64,000 bases of DNA from assembly GCA_965287045.1 (NCBI GenBank), contig OZ336894.1:13268001-13332000 (forward strand). The letters are read 5' to 3'. The position numbers were made by a program, and so were the translations under genes. Under the pieces are notes generated by a model. That model worked only from the letters and a program-made list of their open reading frames with translations, did not search any database and had not been told where the DNA came from. Each line of letters starts with the position of its first letter. Within the stretch, counting starts at the first letter, position 1. The stretch comes from Carcharhinus amblyrhynchos. Its lineage: Eukaryota. Shown piece after piece: positions 1-11,882 of the stretch.

Positions 1-151
1 CATTTTGTAGTTTGAATTAATATGTTCTAAAGCATTTTCTGCTAAAATTGATATTTTAATATAAGCTAAACCAATATTACTGGAAACCAGCCAGATTAAA
101 TATGTAGACAGTCTTAATTGTGAGACAATTAAAGAATAAGTAATTCATTCG

Positions 152-820
152 ACCATAAGACACGGGAGCAGAATTAGATCACTGGCCCCAGCAAGTCTGC
201 TCCGCCATTCAATCATGGCTGATATTTTTTTCCTCTTTCCCATTCTCCTGCCTTTTCCACATAACCCCTGATCCCCTTATTAATCAACAACCTACCTATC
301 TCTGTCTTAGAGACACTCTGGCCTCCACAGCTTTCTGCAGCAAAGAGTTCCACAGATTCACCACTCTCTGGCTGAAGAAATTCCTCCTCGTCTCTGTTTT
401 AAAGAAGCATCCCTTCAGCCTGAAGTAGTGCCCTCTGGTTCTAGTTTTTCCTACTAGTGGAAACATCCTCTCCGCATCCACTCTTTCCAGGCCTCGCAGT
501 ATCCTGTAAGTTTCAATAAGATTACCCCCCCACCCCATCATTTTAAACTCCAATGAGTACAGACCCAGAGTCCTCAACCATTCCTCATACAACAAACTCT
601 TTATTCCAGGGATCATTCTTGTGAAGCTCCTCTGGACCCTTTCTAAAGCCAGCACATCCTTCCTTAGATATGGGGCCCCAAACTGCTCGCAATTCTCCAA
701 ATGGGGTTTGACCAGAGCCTGATACAGCCTTAGAAGTACATCCCTGCTTTCAACATGAATGCTAACATTGCATTTGCCTTCCTAACCGTCGACTGAACCT
801 GCACGTTAACCGTAAGAGAA
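152..820 (-). mobile_element. CR1 LINE 3' fragment
   Basis: ORF 296..700 encodes the CR1 ORF2 C-terminus (LERVQRSFTRMIPG...RNFFSQRVVNLWNSL), followed by a CR1 3' UTR. Confidence 0.9.
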
Positions 821-1096
821 CGTTGATAGATAATTAGATATGTGAATAGATCTTGATAGATTAATAGATGTTAGGCTGGAAATATAGACACAAATTATTA
901 TGAATATATTAACAGTTGATTATTAATACAGACATTTAAATTGTTCTTCTGTAGTCTCAGGCCACAGAATTAAAAGAGTTAACATGACTTGTTAACCTTG
1001 ATTAAGAGGACAGAATTGGCCCTTGTTTAAGGAGACTCAACTCCAAATGATAGACAACTGTGTTAACAAATTATTGGTTGACACTCAGCCTACCTC

Positions 1097-1400
1097 ATAC
1101 AATCCCTCCAGTGCAGAAGGAGGCCATTTGGCCCATCAAGCCTGCACTGACAACAATCCCACCCAGGCCCAACCCCTTAACCCTCACATATTTACCCTGT
1201 TAATTCCCCCGACACTAAGAGGCAATTTAGCATGACCAATCCACCTAACCCACACATCTTTGGACTGTGGGAGGAAACCAGAGCACTCGGAGGAAACCCA
1301 TGCAGACACAAGGAGAATGTGCAAACTCCACAGAGGACTGGAATTGATCCCGGGTTCCTAGCGCTGAGAGGCAGCAGTGCTACCCACTGTGCCACCATGC
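1097..1400 (-). mobile_element. HE1/V-SINE-type tRNA-derived SINE
   Basis: Minus-strand head GGTGGCACAGTGGGTAGCACTGCTGCC, B-box-like GGATCAATTCC, and a CR1-like tail. Confidence 0.88.
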
Positions 1401-1419
1401 TAACCTCAAATTAAAGAGA

Positions 1420-2642
1420 TATAAGAACAAAGAACCCTTCGGCCCTCCAAGCCTGCACCAACCATGCTGCCCAACTGAACTAAAATCCCCCTACCCTTCC
1501 AGAAACCATATCCTTCTATTCCCATCCTACTCATGTTCTTGTCAAGACACCCCTTAAAAATCACTACCGTATCCACTTCCACTACCTCCAACAAGTTCCA
1601 GGCACCCATTACTCTAGTTGTAAAAAAATTGCCTCATACATCTCCTTTAAACCTTGCCCCTTGCACCTTAAACCTAAGCCCCTAGTAATTGACTCTTCCA
1701 CCCTGGGAAAAAGCTTCTGACTATCCACTCTGTCCATGCCTCTCGTCTTGTAGACTTCTGTGAGGTCGCCCCTCAACCTCCGTCGTTCCAGTGAGAACGC
1801 ATCAAGTTTCTCCAACCTCTCCTCATAGCTAATGCCTTCCATACCAGGCAACATCCTGGTAAATCTTTTCTGTACCCTCTCCAAAGCCTCCATATCCTTC
1901 GGTAGTGCGGCGATCAGAATATTCCAAGTGCAGCCGAACTAAGGTTCTATAAAGTTGTAACTCGACTTGCCAATTTTTAAACTCAATGCCCCGGCCGATG
2001 AAGGTAAGCATGCCGTGTGCCTTCTTGACTACCTTCTCCACCTGCATTGCCACTTTCAACGGCCTGTGTACCTGTACACCTAGATCTCTTTGCCTATCAA
2101 TATTCTTAAAGGTTCTGCCATTTACTGTATATTTCCTTTCTGTATTAGACATTCCAAAATGCTTTACTTCACATTTGTCCAGGTTAAACTCCATCTGCCA
2201 TCTCTCCACCCAAATCTCCAACTGATCTATGTCCTGTGTATTCTCTGATGGTCCTCATCGCTATCCACAAATCCACCAACCTTCGATTTGTCGGCAAACT
2301 TACGAATCAATCCAGTTACATTTTCCTCCAAATCATTTATACATATTACAAACAGCAAAGGTCCCAGCACTGATCCTTGAGAACGCTACTTGTCACAGCC
2401 CTCTACTTGGAACTGTTCCACTGCTACCCTCTATCTTCTCTGGCCGAGTAAGAAGTTTCACAACACCAGATTAAAGTCCAACAGGTTTATTTGATAGCAA
2501 AAGCCATTAGCTTTTGGAGCACTGCTTCTTCATCAGGTGAGTGGCAGTTTCGAAACCACCTTATGACCTCACCTCTGATCCCATGCGACTTCTCCTGCTG
2601 CACCATGAGGGACCTGGTCAAAGGCCTTACTGAAGTCCAATA
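1420..2642 (-). mobile_element. Degraded CR1 LINE RT / 3' end
   Basis: Frameshifted ORFs 1609..1893 and 1829..2221 (WQMEFNLDKC, DLGVQVH, ALERVQKRFTRMLPG). Confidence 0.9.
2450..2545. mobile_element. Penelope-like fragment with degenerate hammerhead motif, nested in CR1
   Basis: CAACACCAGATTAAAGTCCAACAGGTTTATT end; minus strand reads CAC CTGATGA A GAAGC AGT GCTCC AAAA GCTA ATG. Confidence 0.65.
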
Positions 2643-3706
2643 TAGTTTAAGAAAAAGCATGGTTTTAAAGCTAATGACATATGTCATTAACTAACATATT
2701 AATCGGCTAATTCTTATTTAATTATTGACAAGTCATAGAACAATTGGCTAAGGTGGGCTTTCAATATTTTACGGTATGAGGTCTTGATAAGTCATTTTGA
2801 AATATAGGATGAAGCGTTTATGGAGAACGGTAGGGAGAGAAGCATTTATGGAGAGCTGTTATCAATGATTTTTGGAGTCATCACTTCATGACTTGGTTTG
2901 GAAGAATGCTGAGAAGTTTGTTCAATTGTTAAAGTTAAGCTTTGTTAATTACTGCTAATTGCTGTTAATTGACATTGCATTTTATCTTTCTGACTGGTTA
3001 CCTTTTTGGCGGTTAATAAACTTTCTGAAACCTGGAAATGTTCTTTCTTGCCATGGTTAAGTCTCTAGAACTTGGTGTAATTTACAATTAGGGGTGTAAA
3101 CAAATGATTCCCATAAAGCCTCGTTTATAGAAATCAAAAAATCTTGTAGACGGTACAGTTCAGAGATTCCAGCAGAAACAGGGGTCAAGCACTCAAACCT
3201 GGACAGAGCCACTTTTCTGAGCTGGAAAGATAGTAGACTGCCTTGCAGTCCAGCAACATAATGTAACTGGCTCTCCCAGCTAGGGGAGTCACATCACATA
3301 ACTCCCACATTTTCAGTTGGATTTTGACATTGGGTGTATATTCCTTTGTCTGGGATTCTTTGAAAGGAAGATTCCAGGGTTTTGTCCTAGCAGACCACTC
3401 AGCTTATGAAATGGAGATGGCTGTTATATAGCTCCCACTGAATTATGTCTTTGCTGCACACGGTCATTACAGTATTGATAAAGATAACGAGGCACAAATT
3501 CTTTTCATGCTCTTTTGTTCAAAGGTTACAGCCAGATATGGCTTCAGTCATCTTAAAAGGTCATTTTTTTTAAGGTAGAGAAATTAGTTACAGAGTAATA
3601 TATATTATGAAAAAATAGTATGAGATCTTAGTCGCACTATAACAACTATATTGCTTCCAAACCTTAAAAAGATGAAACTCTTCACTCTCAATCATTATTG
3701 GCTCAC

Positions 3707-3935
3707 CATTTCTGCCTGCACTGCGTCCAATTTCTGTGCTCCATTTGGTCTGCAACTGCAGTCCAAGGAATTTCTTTGTATAGTTGTTCACGAAGGATTG
3801 GAAGATAACTGTTCGTATTTAAAGTTGTGTTTGTTAGATCGTGGGATGTTTCTCGTATCTTATTTTTCATAACCTCCTCCATTATCTTTATTAATGCCTT
3901 CTCCTCCTCCTCACTCCAGGGTCCAAAATTAATTG
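3707..3935 (-). CDS. TTF1: TTF1 coding exon (second Myb/SANT repeat region)
   Basis: Acceptor TTTTTAAACAG| and donor AAATG|GTGAG on the minus strand; 229 nt, phase 1 to 2. Encodes SINFGPWSEEEEKALIKIMEEVMK...LREQLYKEIPWTAVADQMEHRNWTQCRQKW, resembling the recalled TTF-I segment GAWSKSE...KLYKGISWVEV...RNWMQCKSKW. Not present in the ORF track. Confidence 0.93.
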
Positions 3936-4149
3936 CTGTTTAAAAAGAAAATCCATTTTAGGGAATTTTATTTTTGAGCATAATGTGTTTATCCAACAAG
4001 AAACTAGACAACAAAAATTTAAATTGATCAAATATGATTTAGTACTGTAGTTACACTGCTGAATTTGTGCATATATATAGCACAAGAACACTTCCTATAA
4101 AAGTAAAATAAATTTTTAGATGCTTTACCATTTCCGAACAAAAACTTCC

Positions 4150-5620
4150 ACTTAAATATGTACTTTTAAAACATAGTAAGATGTTCTAAGGTGTTTCAAA
4201 GCAACATTATTAAAGAAAATTTGACACCAAGCCACATAAGCACTTAGTAAGCTGGATGACCAAAGGTTTGCTAGAAAAGGTTGGCTATAAGATGGTATCC
4301 TAAGGATGTATCTTAAAACAGTAAAAAGAGCTAGAGAGGTGACTAGGTTTAGGGTGAGAATTCTAGAGCTTAAGGTCTTGGCAGCTGAGGACAAGGCTAC
4401 CAGTGGTGCAGTGATAAAATTCAGAGATGCTCATGGGTCAAAATTGTGCAGATATCTCAGTGGGTTGTAGGACTGGAACAGGTTACAAAGCTAGGGTGGA
4501 TTGAGACCACTGAGGGATTTTGAAATCGAGGTGTTGCTTAACCTTGAATATAATTCAGCGAGCACAGGTGTGATGGGTGAAGGGCATAAGAACATAAGAA
4601 ATAGGAGCAGGAGTAGGCCATCTAGCCCTTCGTGCCTGCCCTGCCATTCAATAAGATCATGGCTGATCTGTCGTGTCTCAGTTCCACATTCCTGCCCTCT
4701 CCCCATAACCCTTAATCCCCTTGCCTATCAAAAACCTATCAACCCGCGTCTTAAATATATTTAGCGAGGCAGCCTCCACCACTTCAACGGGCAGAGAATT
4801 CCAGAGATTCACCACCCTTTGAGTGAAGAAGTTCCTCCTCAACTCTGTTCTAAACCGCCCCCCCTTTATCTTGAGGCTTTGCCCTCTAGTCCTACTGTCC
4901 TTTCTGAGCGGGAAGAGCCTCTCCACCTCTATCCTATCCATCCCATTCATCATCTTATATGTCTCAATGAGATCTCCCCTCATTCTTCTATACTCTAACG
5001 AGTACAAGCCTAGTTTATTCAGCCTCTCCTCATAGTTCAACCAAACTTTGTGTAAGTTAAGACACAGGTAGCAGAGTTTTAAAATTATTTCAAATTTACA
5101 GTGGCAGATAATGGGGGAGGTGGGGGGTATTGAAAGAGTCAAGTAAACAGGTCACAAAGACACAGATGAAAGTTTCAGCAAATGTGCAGAGGTAGGAACA
5201 GAGTTGACTGAAGTTACAGAGATGGAATTAAACAGTCTTAATGCAGCTATGTGGTCAGAAACTCATCTTTTGGTCAAGTATGACTCTAAAGCTATGCACA
5301 GTCTGGTTTGGTCTCAGACAGTTGTCAGGCAAAGGAATGGAATCAGTGTCTAAGCAACTGAGTTTGTGGTGGAACTCAGTTTGTGGTGGAACAGAAGACA
5401 ATTGCTCCAATCCTCCCAATATTTAGTAGGAGGAAATTTATGTTCATCCAGGACAGGCTGTGCTATACAGTGCAACAATCATGAGACGTTAAGACGGGTT
5501 ATGTGTGTGGGGCCGGGATGGATGGGTGGATGGGTGGGTGGGGTGGTGGTGGTGGTGGTGATAAATTTGAGCTGGTTGCCATCAGGATACTGTGGAAACG
5601 AATGGTGTGATCGGGCAGGT
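4150..5620 (-). mobile_element. Old L2-like LINE, interrupted by a young CR1
   Basis: Degenerate sequence resembling an L2 3' region runs on both sides of the 4586-5040 insertion (GTGATGGGTGAA | ...GTTAAGACACAGGTAGCAGAGTTTT). Confidence 0.6.
4586..5040 (-). mobile_element. Young CR1 3' fragment
   Basis: ORF 4678..5142 ends in YEERLNKLGLYSLE...GYGERAGMWN; (TTCTTATG)n tail; nearly identical to the end of 29746-30398. Confidence 0.93.
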
Positions 5621-6540
5621 ATTTCTAAGGGCGAACTGTCAGTATTTACTGTCATTTCTCTTCTAAATCTGACTGCAACTTCAGTATTTAATACAAGAAC
5701 ACACTAGTGAGGAAATCCTGATTCACTGCTAGATGAGTCTGTGCTGTTGATCCCTCCCCAGAACCAGCAATCAATGAAATCAGTTGCTATAGTGACAAGG
5801 TTCCTTTTCTACTCTCCCATTGTTGTCGGAAACTCCAGAAACCCCATAAAATATTACACCACATTAGGTGTGATGGGATTTCTAACAGTAATCTGAGTAA
5901 CAACCATATGGATTTGGCCATGCAAATATAATTTTATTTTTGTGGAGTGTTGTTAAATGTCACCATTAAGGTTAAATACTACATTTTTAATCTAACTTTT
6001 TAAAATAATTTTCAAGTTTCTTCTGTGATATTTCAGCTTCTATCTTTACCTCTTGTGTATATCCAAATATTTATTTTACTCGGTAAATTTGAAAATAAAA
6101 CAAATGTGGTGTTACTGCTCTTCATTAAGTGGTTGCCTGCTTGTTAGAATCCTTCAATACGAATGGCTGCTTGGACAGCTTAGTGGTAGCAACGCAGCAC
6201 CACCCTGAAAATCCTCATTATAGAATGCTACAATTTACTACATCGCAAATGGTAAAGTACTTGTCACAGAGATTGCTAGACTTCTCAGCATGTTTATCAT
6301 TGCGGTCAGTGGGGAGCACCTTTGTTTTACTGCTGATTGCAAGATCTGTTTAGATTTTTAAAATTCCAGATATCAGATCAGCTTTTAGGTTGACCAGAAT
6401 TATTGATATAATACATCATGTACCACAAAACATTTCCTATTTATTGTATTCCTATTAATTACAAAGCTACTGTAGGTTGGATATCTACAAATTTAACTTC
6501 ATGAAGGGGGAAAAGAATGAACATTAATAACTTAACTTAC

Positions 6541-6671
6541 AGTTCTTCAATGTTTTTGCTCGACCCATAACAGATACGTCAGTACGGTCCATGAGTTCAG
6601 CAATCTTCTGCCACTGATTTCCATGCACAATTTGCAAATGTTGCAGTTTCTTCAGTTCTTCATCCGTGTAT
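6541..6671 (-). CDS. TTF1: TTF1 coding exon (Myb repeat)
   Basis: CCTATCAG| ... AAGAACT|GTAAGT; 131 nt, phase 2 to 1. Encodes RYTDEELKKLQHLQIVHGNQWQKIAELMDRTDVSVMGRAKTLKN, a typical Myb repeat (GNxWxxIA). Confidence 0.93.
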
Positions 6672-6714
6672 CTGATAGGAACACATCTGTAGTTAATATC
6701 AGGTGAATATAACA

Positions 6715-7056
6715 AATAGACATTGGACTAGGCAATTCAACTCCTGAAGCCTGCTCTGTCAATCAATAAAATCATGGCTGACCTGGTGTGACCTTAACTC
6801 CATTTTCCTGTCTATCCCCCATAACCCTTGACTCACTGGTCAATCAAAAATCTACGTAACTCAACTTTGACTAAATTCAATGATCCAGACTCTATTTCTC
6901 ACCAGGGAAAAGAATTCCAAACTCTTACTGTCCTCTGAGAAAAGAAATTCCTCCGCATCTGTTTTAAAATAGGAGACACCTTATTTTGAAACTACATCCC
7001 TTCTATATTTACACTGTCAAGCCCCGTAGGGGTCTTGCACGTCTCAATAAGATCAC
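6715..7056 (-). mobile_element. CR1 3' fragment
   Basis: Degenerate CR1 C-terminal coding sequence and 3' UTR (ATCATGGCTGA, CCCCATAACCCTTGAC). Confidence 0.75.
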
Positions 7057-7324
7057 CTAGTGTCCCAAGTAGGCTTACATTAACACTGCAAATGAAGTTA
7101 CTGCGAAAATCCCCTAGTCGCCATACTCCGGCGCTTGTCCGGGTACACTGAAAGAGAATCTAGCACAACCAATGCAGACTGTGGGAGAAAACCATAACAC
7201 CCAGAAGAAACCCACACAAACACGAGGAGAACATACGAACTCCACACAAACAGTGACCCAAGCCAGGAATCGAACGCGGGTACCTGGCATGTGAGGCAGC
7301 AGTGCTAACCACTGTGCCGCCCCA
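7057..7324 (-). mobile_element. HE1-type SINE, alternative-tail variant with internal deletion
   Basis: SINE head at 7324; tail ...GCGACTAGGGGATTTTCGCAGTAACTTCATTTGCAGTGTTAATGTAAGCC on the minus strand. Confidence 0.85.
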
Positions 7325-7775
7325 TTGTATCAGCCAACATACTCTACCTTTCCTCATAAGACAACTGTTCCATCCATCAGGAGTAGAAGGGGACAAAATT
7401 AGCAGAAAAAAAACTTTGGACTGCTAGCACATGATCGAGCATGGGGATCATCAGCAACACAAGATTCAAAGACAGGAGAATTTAATTGAATGGAAACACC
7501 AGTACAATGTGCCATTAAAGGACACAACATTCACACCGATGATCAGACACAAAAAGAGAAACATGAAACTTTGAAACAAACGCTGAAACTTCACCACCAT
7601 CCTCAACTAAAATAATTCTAAATACAACCAGCCCAGAGTTAAATTTTATAACCTTTAATATTTTTTGTTTTTGCAGGTGCTGATTATCATTGACAAAGAA
7701 CATCAACTACTCAAATAATTAAACACTAAATGTAAAACAAACGACTGGTATGACACACATTCCAGGTTAACTCAC

Positions 7776-7854
7776 CTGCCTTTACATCGTTTAGGATCAT
7801 ACATTTTCTTAGCTCGCTGATAAACACATTTCCACGGCCTTGCAATGCCTTCGG
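7776..7854 (-). CDS. TTF1: TTF1 coding exon
   Basis: CTCTTTACAG| ... AAAGGCAG|GTGAG; 79 nt, phase 1 to 2. Encodes AEGIARPWKCVYQRAKKMYDPKRCKGR (recalled TTF-I: IARPWKLIYYRAKKMFD..YKGR). Confidence 0.94.
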
Positions 7855-7889
7855 CTGTAAAGAGAGGTTTCAAATATGTAACATTAGCT

Positions 7890-8352
7890 TTGGATGAAAG
7901 GAAGGGCAAGTCCTGAGATAATGGAGTTATCTTATGAGGAAAGGTCAGATTAGGTTAGGCCTGTATCCACTGGAGTTTAGAAAAATGAAGAGTGATCTTA
8001 TTGTCATGTACAAGACGACCCTGGGGAGAATTGGCAGGGTGGATGCTGAGAAGATGTTTCCCCTTGTGGGAGAAAGTAGAACTAGGGGATATCCTTTTAA
8101 AAATAAGGGGTCACCAATTCAAAATGGAGATGGAAAGAATACCTTTTTCCTCTCAGAGGGCATTGGTCTGCGAAGGCAGAGTCACTGAACATTTTTGAGG
8201 GTGAAGGAACATTCTTGATTGACAAGGGGGTCAAAGGTATGGGGATAGGAAGGAAAGGAAAGTTGAGGCCACAATTAGATCAGCCATAATCTTATCAAAT
8301 GCTGGAGAAAGCTCAAGGGACCAAATGGCCAACTCCTGCTCCTGATTCATAA
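7890..8352 (+). mobile_element. CR1 3' fragment
   Basis: ORF 7934..8188 (LGLYPLEFRKMKSDLI...MFPLVGESRTRG) plus CR1 3' UTR. Confidence 0.85.
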
Positions 8353-8563
8353 GTCAAATGGAGCAAAATGTTCCTAGTGAACAGGTATAAAGAAAAAAAT
8401 GTACATATTACAAGGAATAACAGATCAATGCAAAGTCCAGCAGGATTCAATTAGTATAAATATTCGATGCATTGTTTGATGTTATGCAAAACTCAAAATT
8501 ATGAGATACACCCCTGCTACGTAGAATTACACTGGCATAAAAATGAAACTAAAACAGAAATAC

Positions 8564-8749
8564 CTAGTCTGCAGCAGAATAAATTGCTCTGTTTCAGTTG
8601 TTTCATTCTTATCATCTCGTGATCAGACTCAGGAACGTGAAAAAACTCCCATTCATTCTGAACTCCAGTTAACTGCATTAATTGGTTTAGGTTTTCCTGT
8701 AACTGCATGTTTTCTGCCTCGGTAAACCTGCCTTGTCGGATTGGAATTC
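8564..8749 (-). CDS. TTF1: TTF1 coding exon (start of DNA-binding region)
   Basis: CCCTTGTGTAG| ... AGACTAG|GTATTT; 186 nt, phase 1 to 1. Encodes GIPIRQGRFTEAENMQLQENLNQLMQLTGVQN...FCCRL (recalled TTF-I: GVAIKFGKFSVKENKQL...LTGIES). Confidence 0.92.
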
Positions 8750-8874
8750 CTACACAAGGGAGAAATATTACAGCAATTACCAGAATCCACTTTAAGAAAA
8801 ACCTTGCAAAAAGAGTTCTGTTTATTTTTAATTCACTTCTCATCTCTGAATAAGGGAAAAAAGATTCAGAACAA

Positions 8875-9700
8875 AGGAAAGGAAATGTGCATTTATGTGG
8901 TGCCTTTCATAATTTTAAGATCCTCAACGCACTTTATGACCAATAAACTAATTTCCTACCTTGAAATGTACTCACTGTTATGTAGGAAATATGCAGCCAG
9001 TCTTCATACAAAGCTCCCATAAATAACAATGCAATAACAGACCATTTGTTTATTTAGTGATTTTGATTAAGGGATAAACATTGGCTAGGGCACGGGATAA
9101 CTCCACCGCTCTTCTTATCATGGGATTTGGTGTGAACCTGAGTGGGCAGATGAGTTCTCAGTCTATCATCTCAATTGAAGGATGGCACTTCCAACAGTGC
9201 AGCGCACTGGAGCATTATCCTAGATTTTTGTGTTCAAGAGCCTGGAGTTGGACTTAGAACAAAGAAAATTACAGCACAGGAACACATCCTTCGGCCCTCC
9301 AAACCCACACTGACCATGCTGTCTGTCTGAACTAAAACCCCACAGAATCCCTGCAGTACAGAAGAAGGCCATTTGACCCATCGAGTCTGCATTGACCACA
9401 ATCTCACTCAGGCCCTTTTCCCATAACCCCACATATTTACCCTGCTAATCCCCCACACACTAGGGTCAATTTAGCATGGCCAACCCACCTAACCTGCACA
9501 TCTTTTATCTGTGGGGGGAAACTGGAGCACTCAGAGGAAACCCAGGAGAATGTGCAAACTTCACACAGACAGTGACCCAAGACTGGAATTGAACCCGGGT
9601 GCTGTGAGGCAGCAGTGCTAACTACTGTGCCACTGTGGACTTGAACCCACAATGTTCAGATAAGGCAAGGGAGTGCCACCACTGAGCCATGGTGACACCA
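8875..9700 (-). mobile_element. Old DeuSINE/SacSINE-like SINE, interrupted at 9256-9635
   Basis: GATGGCACTTCCAACAGTGCAGC core, tRNA-like head near 9640-9692, L2-like tail near 8885; similar to 45160-45520 and 51545-51915. Confidence 0.6.
9256..9635 (-). mobile_element. HE1-type SINE fused to a short CR1 3' tail
   Basis: SINE ~9340-9635 directly followed (minus strand) by CR1 tail 9256-9340; flanked by TGGACTT direct repeats at 9249-9255 and 9636-9642. Confidence 0.8.
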
Positions 9701-11216
9701 AAGCAGTGCACAGACCAGACAATCTGATTTGGCATGCCCCAGTCAAGCACTCCTAATCAAATGTAATAGATAAATAGACCAATCACCTCAAAAACAGTGC
9801 AGAATAGAATCACAGAGAATAAATCAATCAAATGCAATTTAAAACATATTCGGAATAATCAAGGATCAGTTTGGTTGATCTCAGGATTCAACATTACGTG
9901 TTTGAGACCCACTCTGGGCTCTGAAAGCTAGGTGGGCTCTTTAGTACAATACTGGAAGAATGGTATACAGTATTATCAGGTGACGTCTCTTTGCTTGCTT
10001 AGGTGGCAAGACCTTCATACTATTATGAGGAAGTGAGGTGATCCCCTGGTCAATATTTCTCTTCAGCCACAGTTTTATGATACACTTACTTAATGACCTA
10101 CTGCATGTTAAATGGCTTAATAAGTGATTAACTCTATAAGTAATTAATTGCTAATTTCAAAGGATTTTTCTTCCATTGTAGAAATTCATAATTGACACTA
10201 AAAATTAATTGTAAAGTTTATTTAAAAATATATACAGAGAAACCTGTAAGCGACAAACTACTTGAGTAGTTGCTGTCCTTGAGATGTAGTTCTTACAAAT
10301 AATTTGTCTCCTTTAACCTCCGCTAGTTATAACTTTTCCTGTGGTGGCAGATGTACAGGCTGACAACTAAACAAAATTAATTCGGTAATATCTTCTGGTT
10401 TTATGCAATCGTCCTTATAAATATAAATACTGTTTGTTATCATTTAAAGCAGAATGGAGTTTGACTGCTGTCCATCTGCATGTTTGACAACGAGTTTCTG
10501 TCCGGTGTGGTATAAACAGCTCTCCCAGGATTTCCAGAGCAGCTGCTCTGTGCACACCAGGCACATTGATATAAAGTAGCTACACTTTCACAAAGGCACA
10601 TCAAACATATTCTTATCTAGTGGTTTTTGAAAAATACTAAAAAAGACACATTTTCAGCCCAATCTTATAACAGCCAAGCTGGGAAAATGCTGTTTGGGTG
10701 CAGCAATATTGTTTCTAGTCAAGGCTATGAGTAGTCATGATTTAGACAGCAATGTTTATTTTTTGAACAATAAACCCCTGAAGACAAGTGTTATTAAAGA
10801 TAGATAGATAGAATTTTGCATATTGGCTCATTCACTCAGACCTCCAACCTCTGCCATAACTGTACGACTGAATTCCCCAATCCCCCTTCAACAATGCCAG
10901 TTTACACTTCTCAAATGTTGCCAAAATTCCAATTTCAGGCATGTTGGACCATAGGATTCTCTTTTCCCTTACTCTCATCCCCATCTCATTACTTTTCCTT
11001 ACTTCTAAATCACTGTAGACTGTCCATTTTTCATATGCTCATTGACTGTACTACCAGTACTTTCAGAATTGCCTAAATCTTTCCAGACTCTTAAACCTCC
11101 CTCTCCAAAGACCTCAGTTTCCAGTTCCTTCTCCACTGATCCTAAAACATCCCATTCCAGTGTTCCTATAAAGCCAGAGAAACCCTTCAAGAATACTACT
11201 AGCTCCCATCCTAGTG

Positions 11217-11535
11217 GGGCAGCATGGTGGCATCGTGATTAGCACTGCTGCCTCACAGAGGGGACCTGAGTTTGATTCCAGCCTTGGATGTCTGTGTGTG
11301 GAGTTTGCACTGTCTCTCTATGCCTGCATGGGTTTCCTCCCGTAATCCAATGGTAGGTTAGCTGTGGTAAATTGCCCCTTAATTTCCTAAAATATGTGGA
11401 TTAGATTTATTAGCCATGGTAAATACACAGGGTTATGGAGATTGGGGGTAGGCCTAGATAAAATGCTCTTTCAGAGAGTCGATGCAGGCTTGATAGGTTG
11501 AATGGCCCCCTTCTGCATTGTAGCGATTCTGACTA
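11217..11535 (+). mobile_element. HE1-type SINE
   Basis: GGGCAGCATGGTGGC...TTAGCACTGCTGCCTCACAG head; tail TTCTGCATTGTAGCGATTCTG. Confidence 0.88.
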
Positions 11536-11882
11536 TGATACCGCAAGACCTCCTTCCCAATATTTCCAAGGATAATTAAATTTCCCTGGGAATTATACTT
11601 AGCATAATACCGATCTTTAGAAAATCTACAGTTGATTATGAGCAACGCCACATGAAATCTGCTCCATAAACGTTAAATGTTGAATACAGAGTTGTAAACT
11701 CTTAAGCATTTTAACACTTGAAAACACTATCTTTCATAGTAGTTTTAAATCTTACGTTTCCACAACATATTGAACTGGAACTTTACAATTGAGCAATTAA
11801 AAAGTGTGCAAGAAATTGCTCAACGATAAAGCTGTGTGTCGCTAAGTAAACAAAACAGCAGCTTTGCATTGATTAGTCGTAC

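Noticed and set aside
3140-3560. Possible LTR-like segment with faint resemblance to ~10480-10760
   Set aside because: The similarity is too weak to establish by eye, and no clear termini or target duplication were found.
1-3706. Next TTF1 exon downstream of 3707
   Set aside because: No phase-2 exon with a TTF-I-like peptide was visible; the region is mostly repeats, so the gene probably continues beyond the window edge.
11842-11882. The ORF continues past the TTF1 exon 2 donor to a stop, suggesting a stand-alone 1005-aa gene
   Set aside because: A GT donor at 11882 joins in phase to the Myb exons. The 12 extra codons are best read as intron read-through, and I saw no nearby polyA signal.
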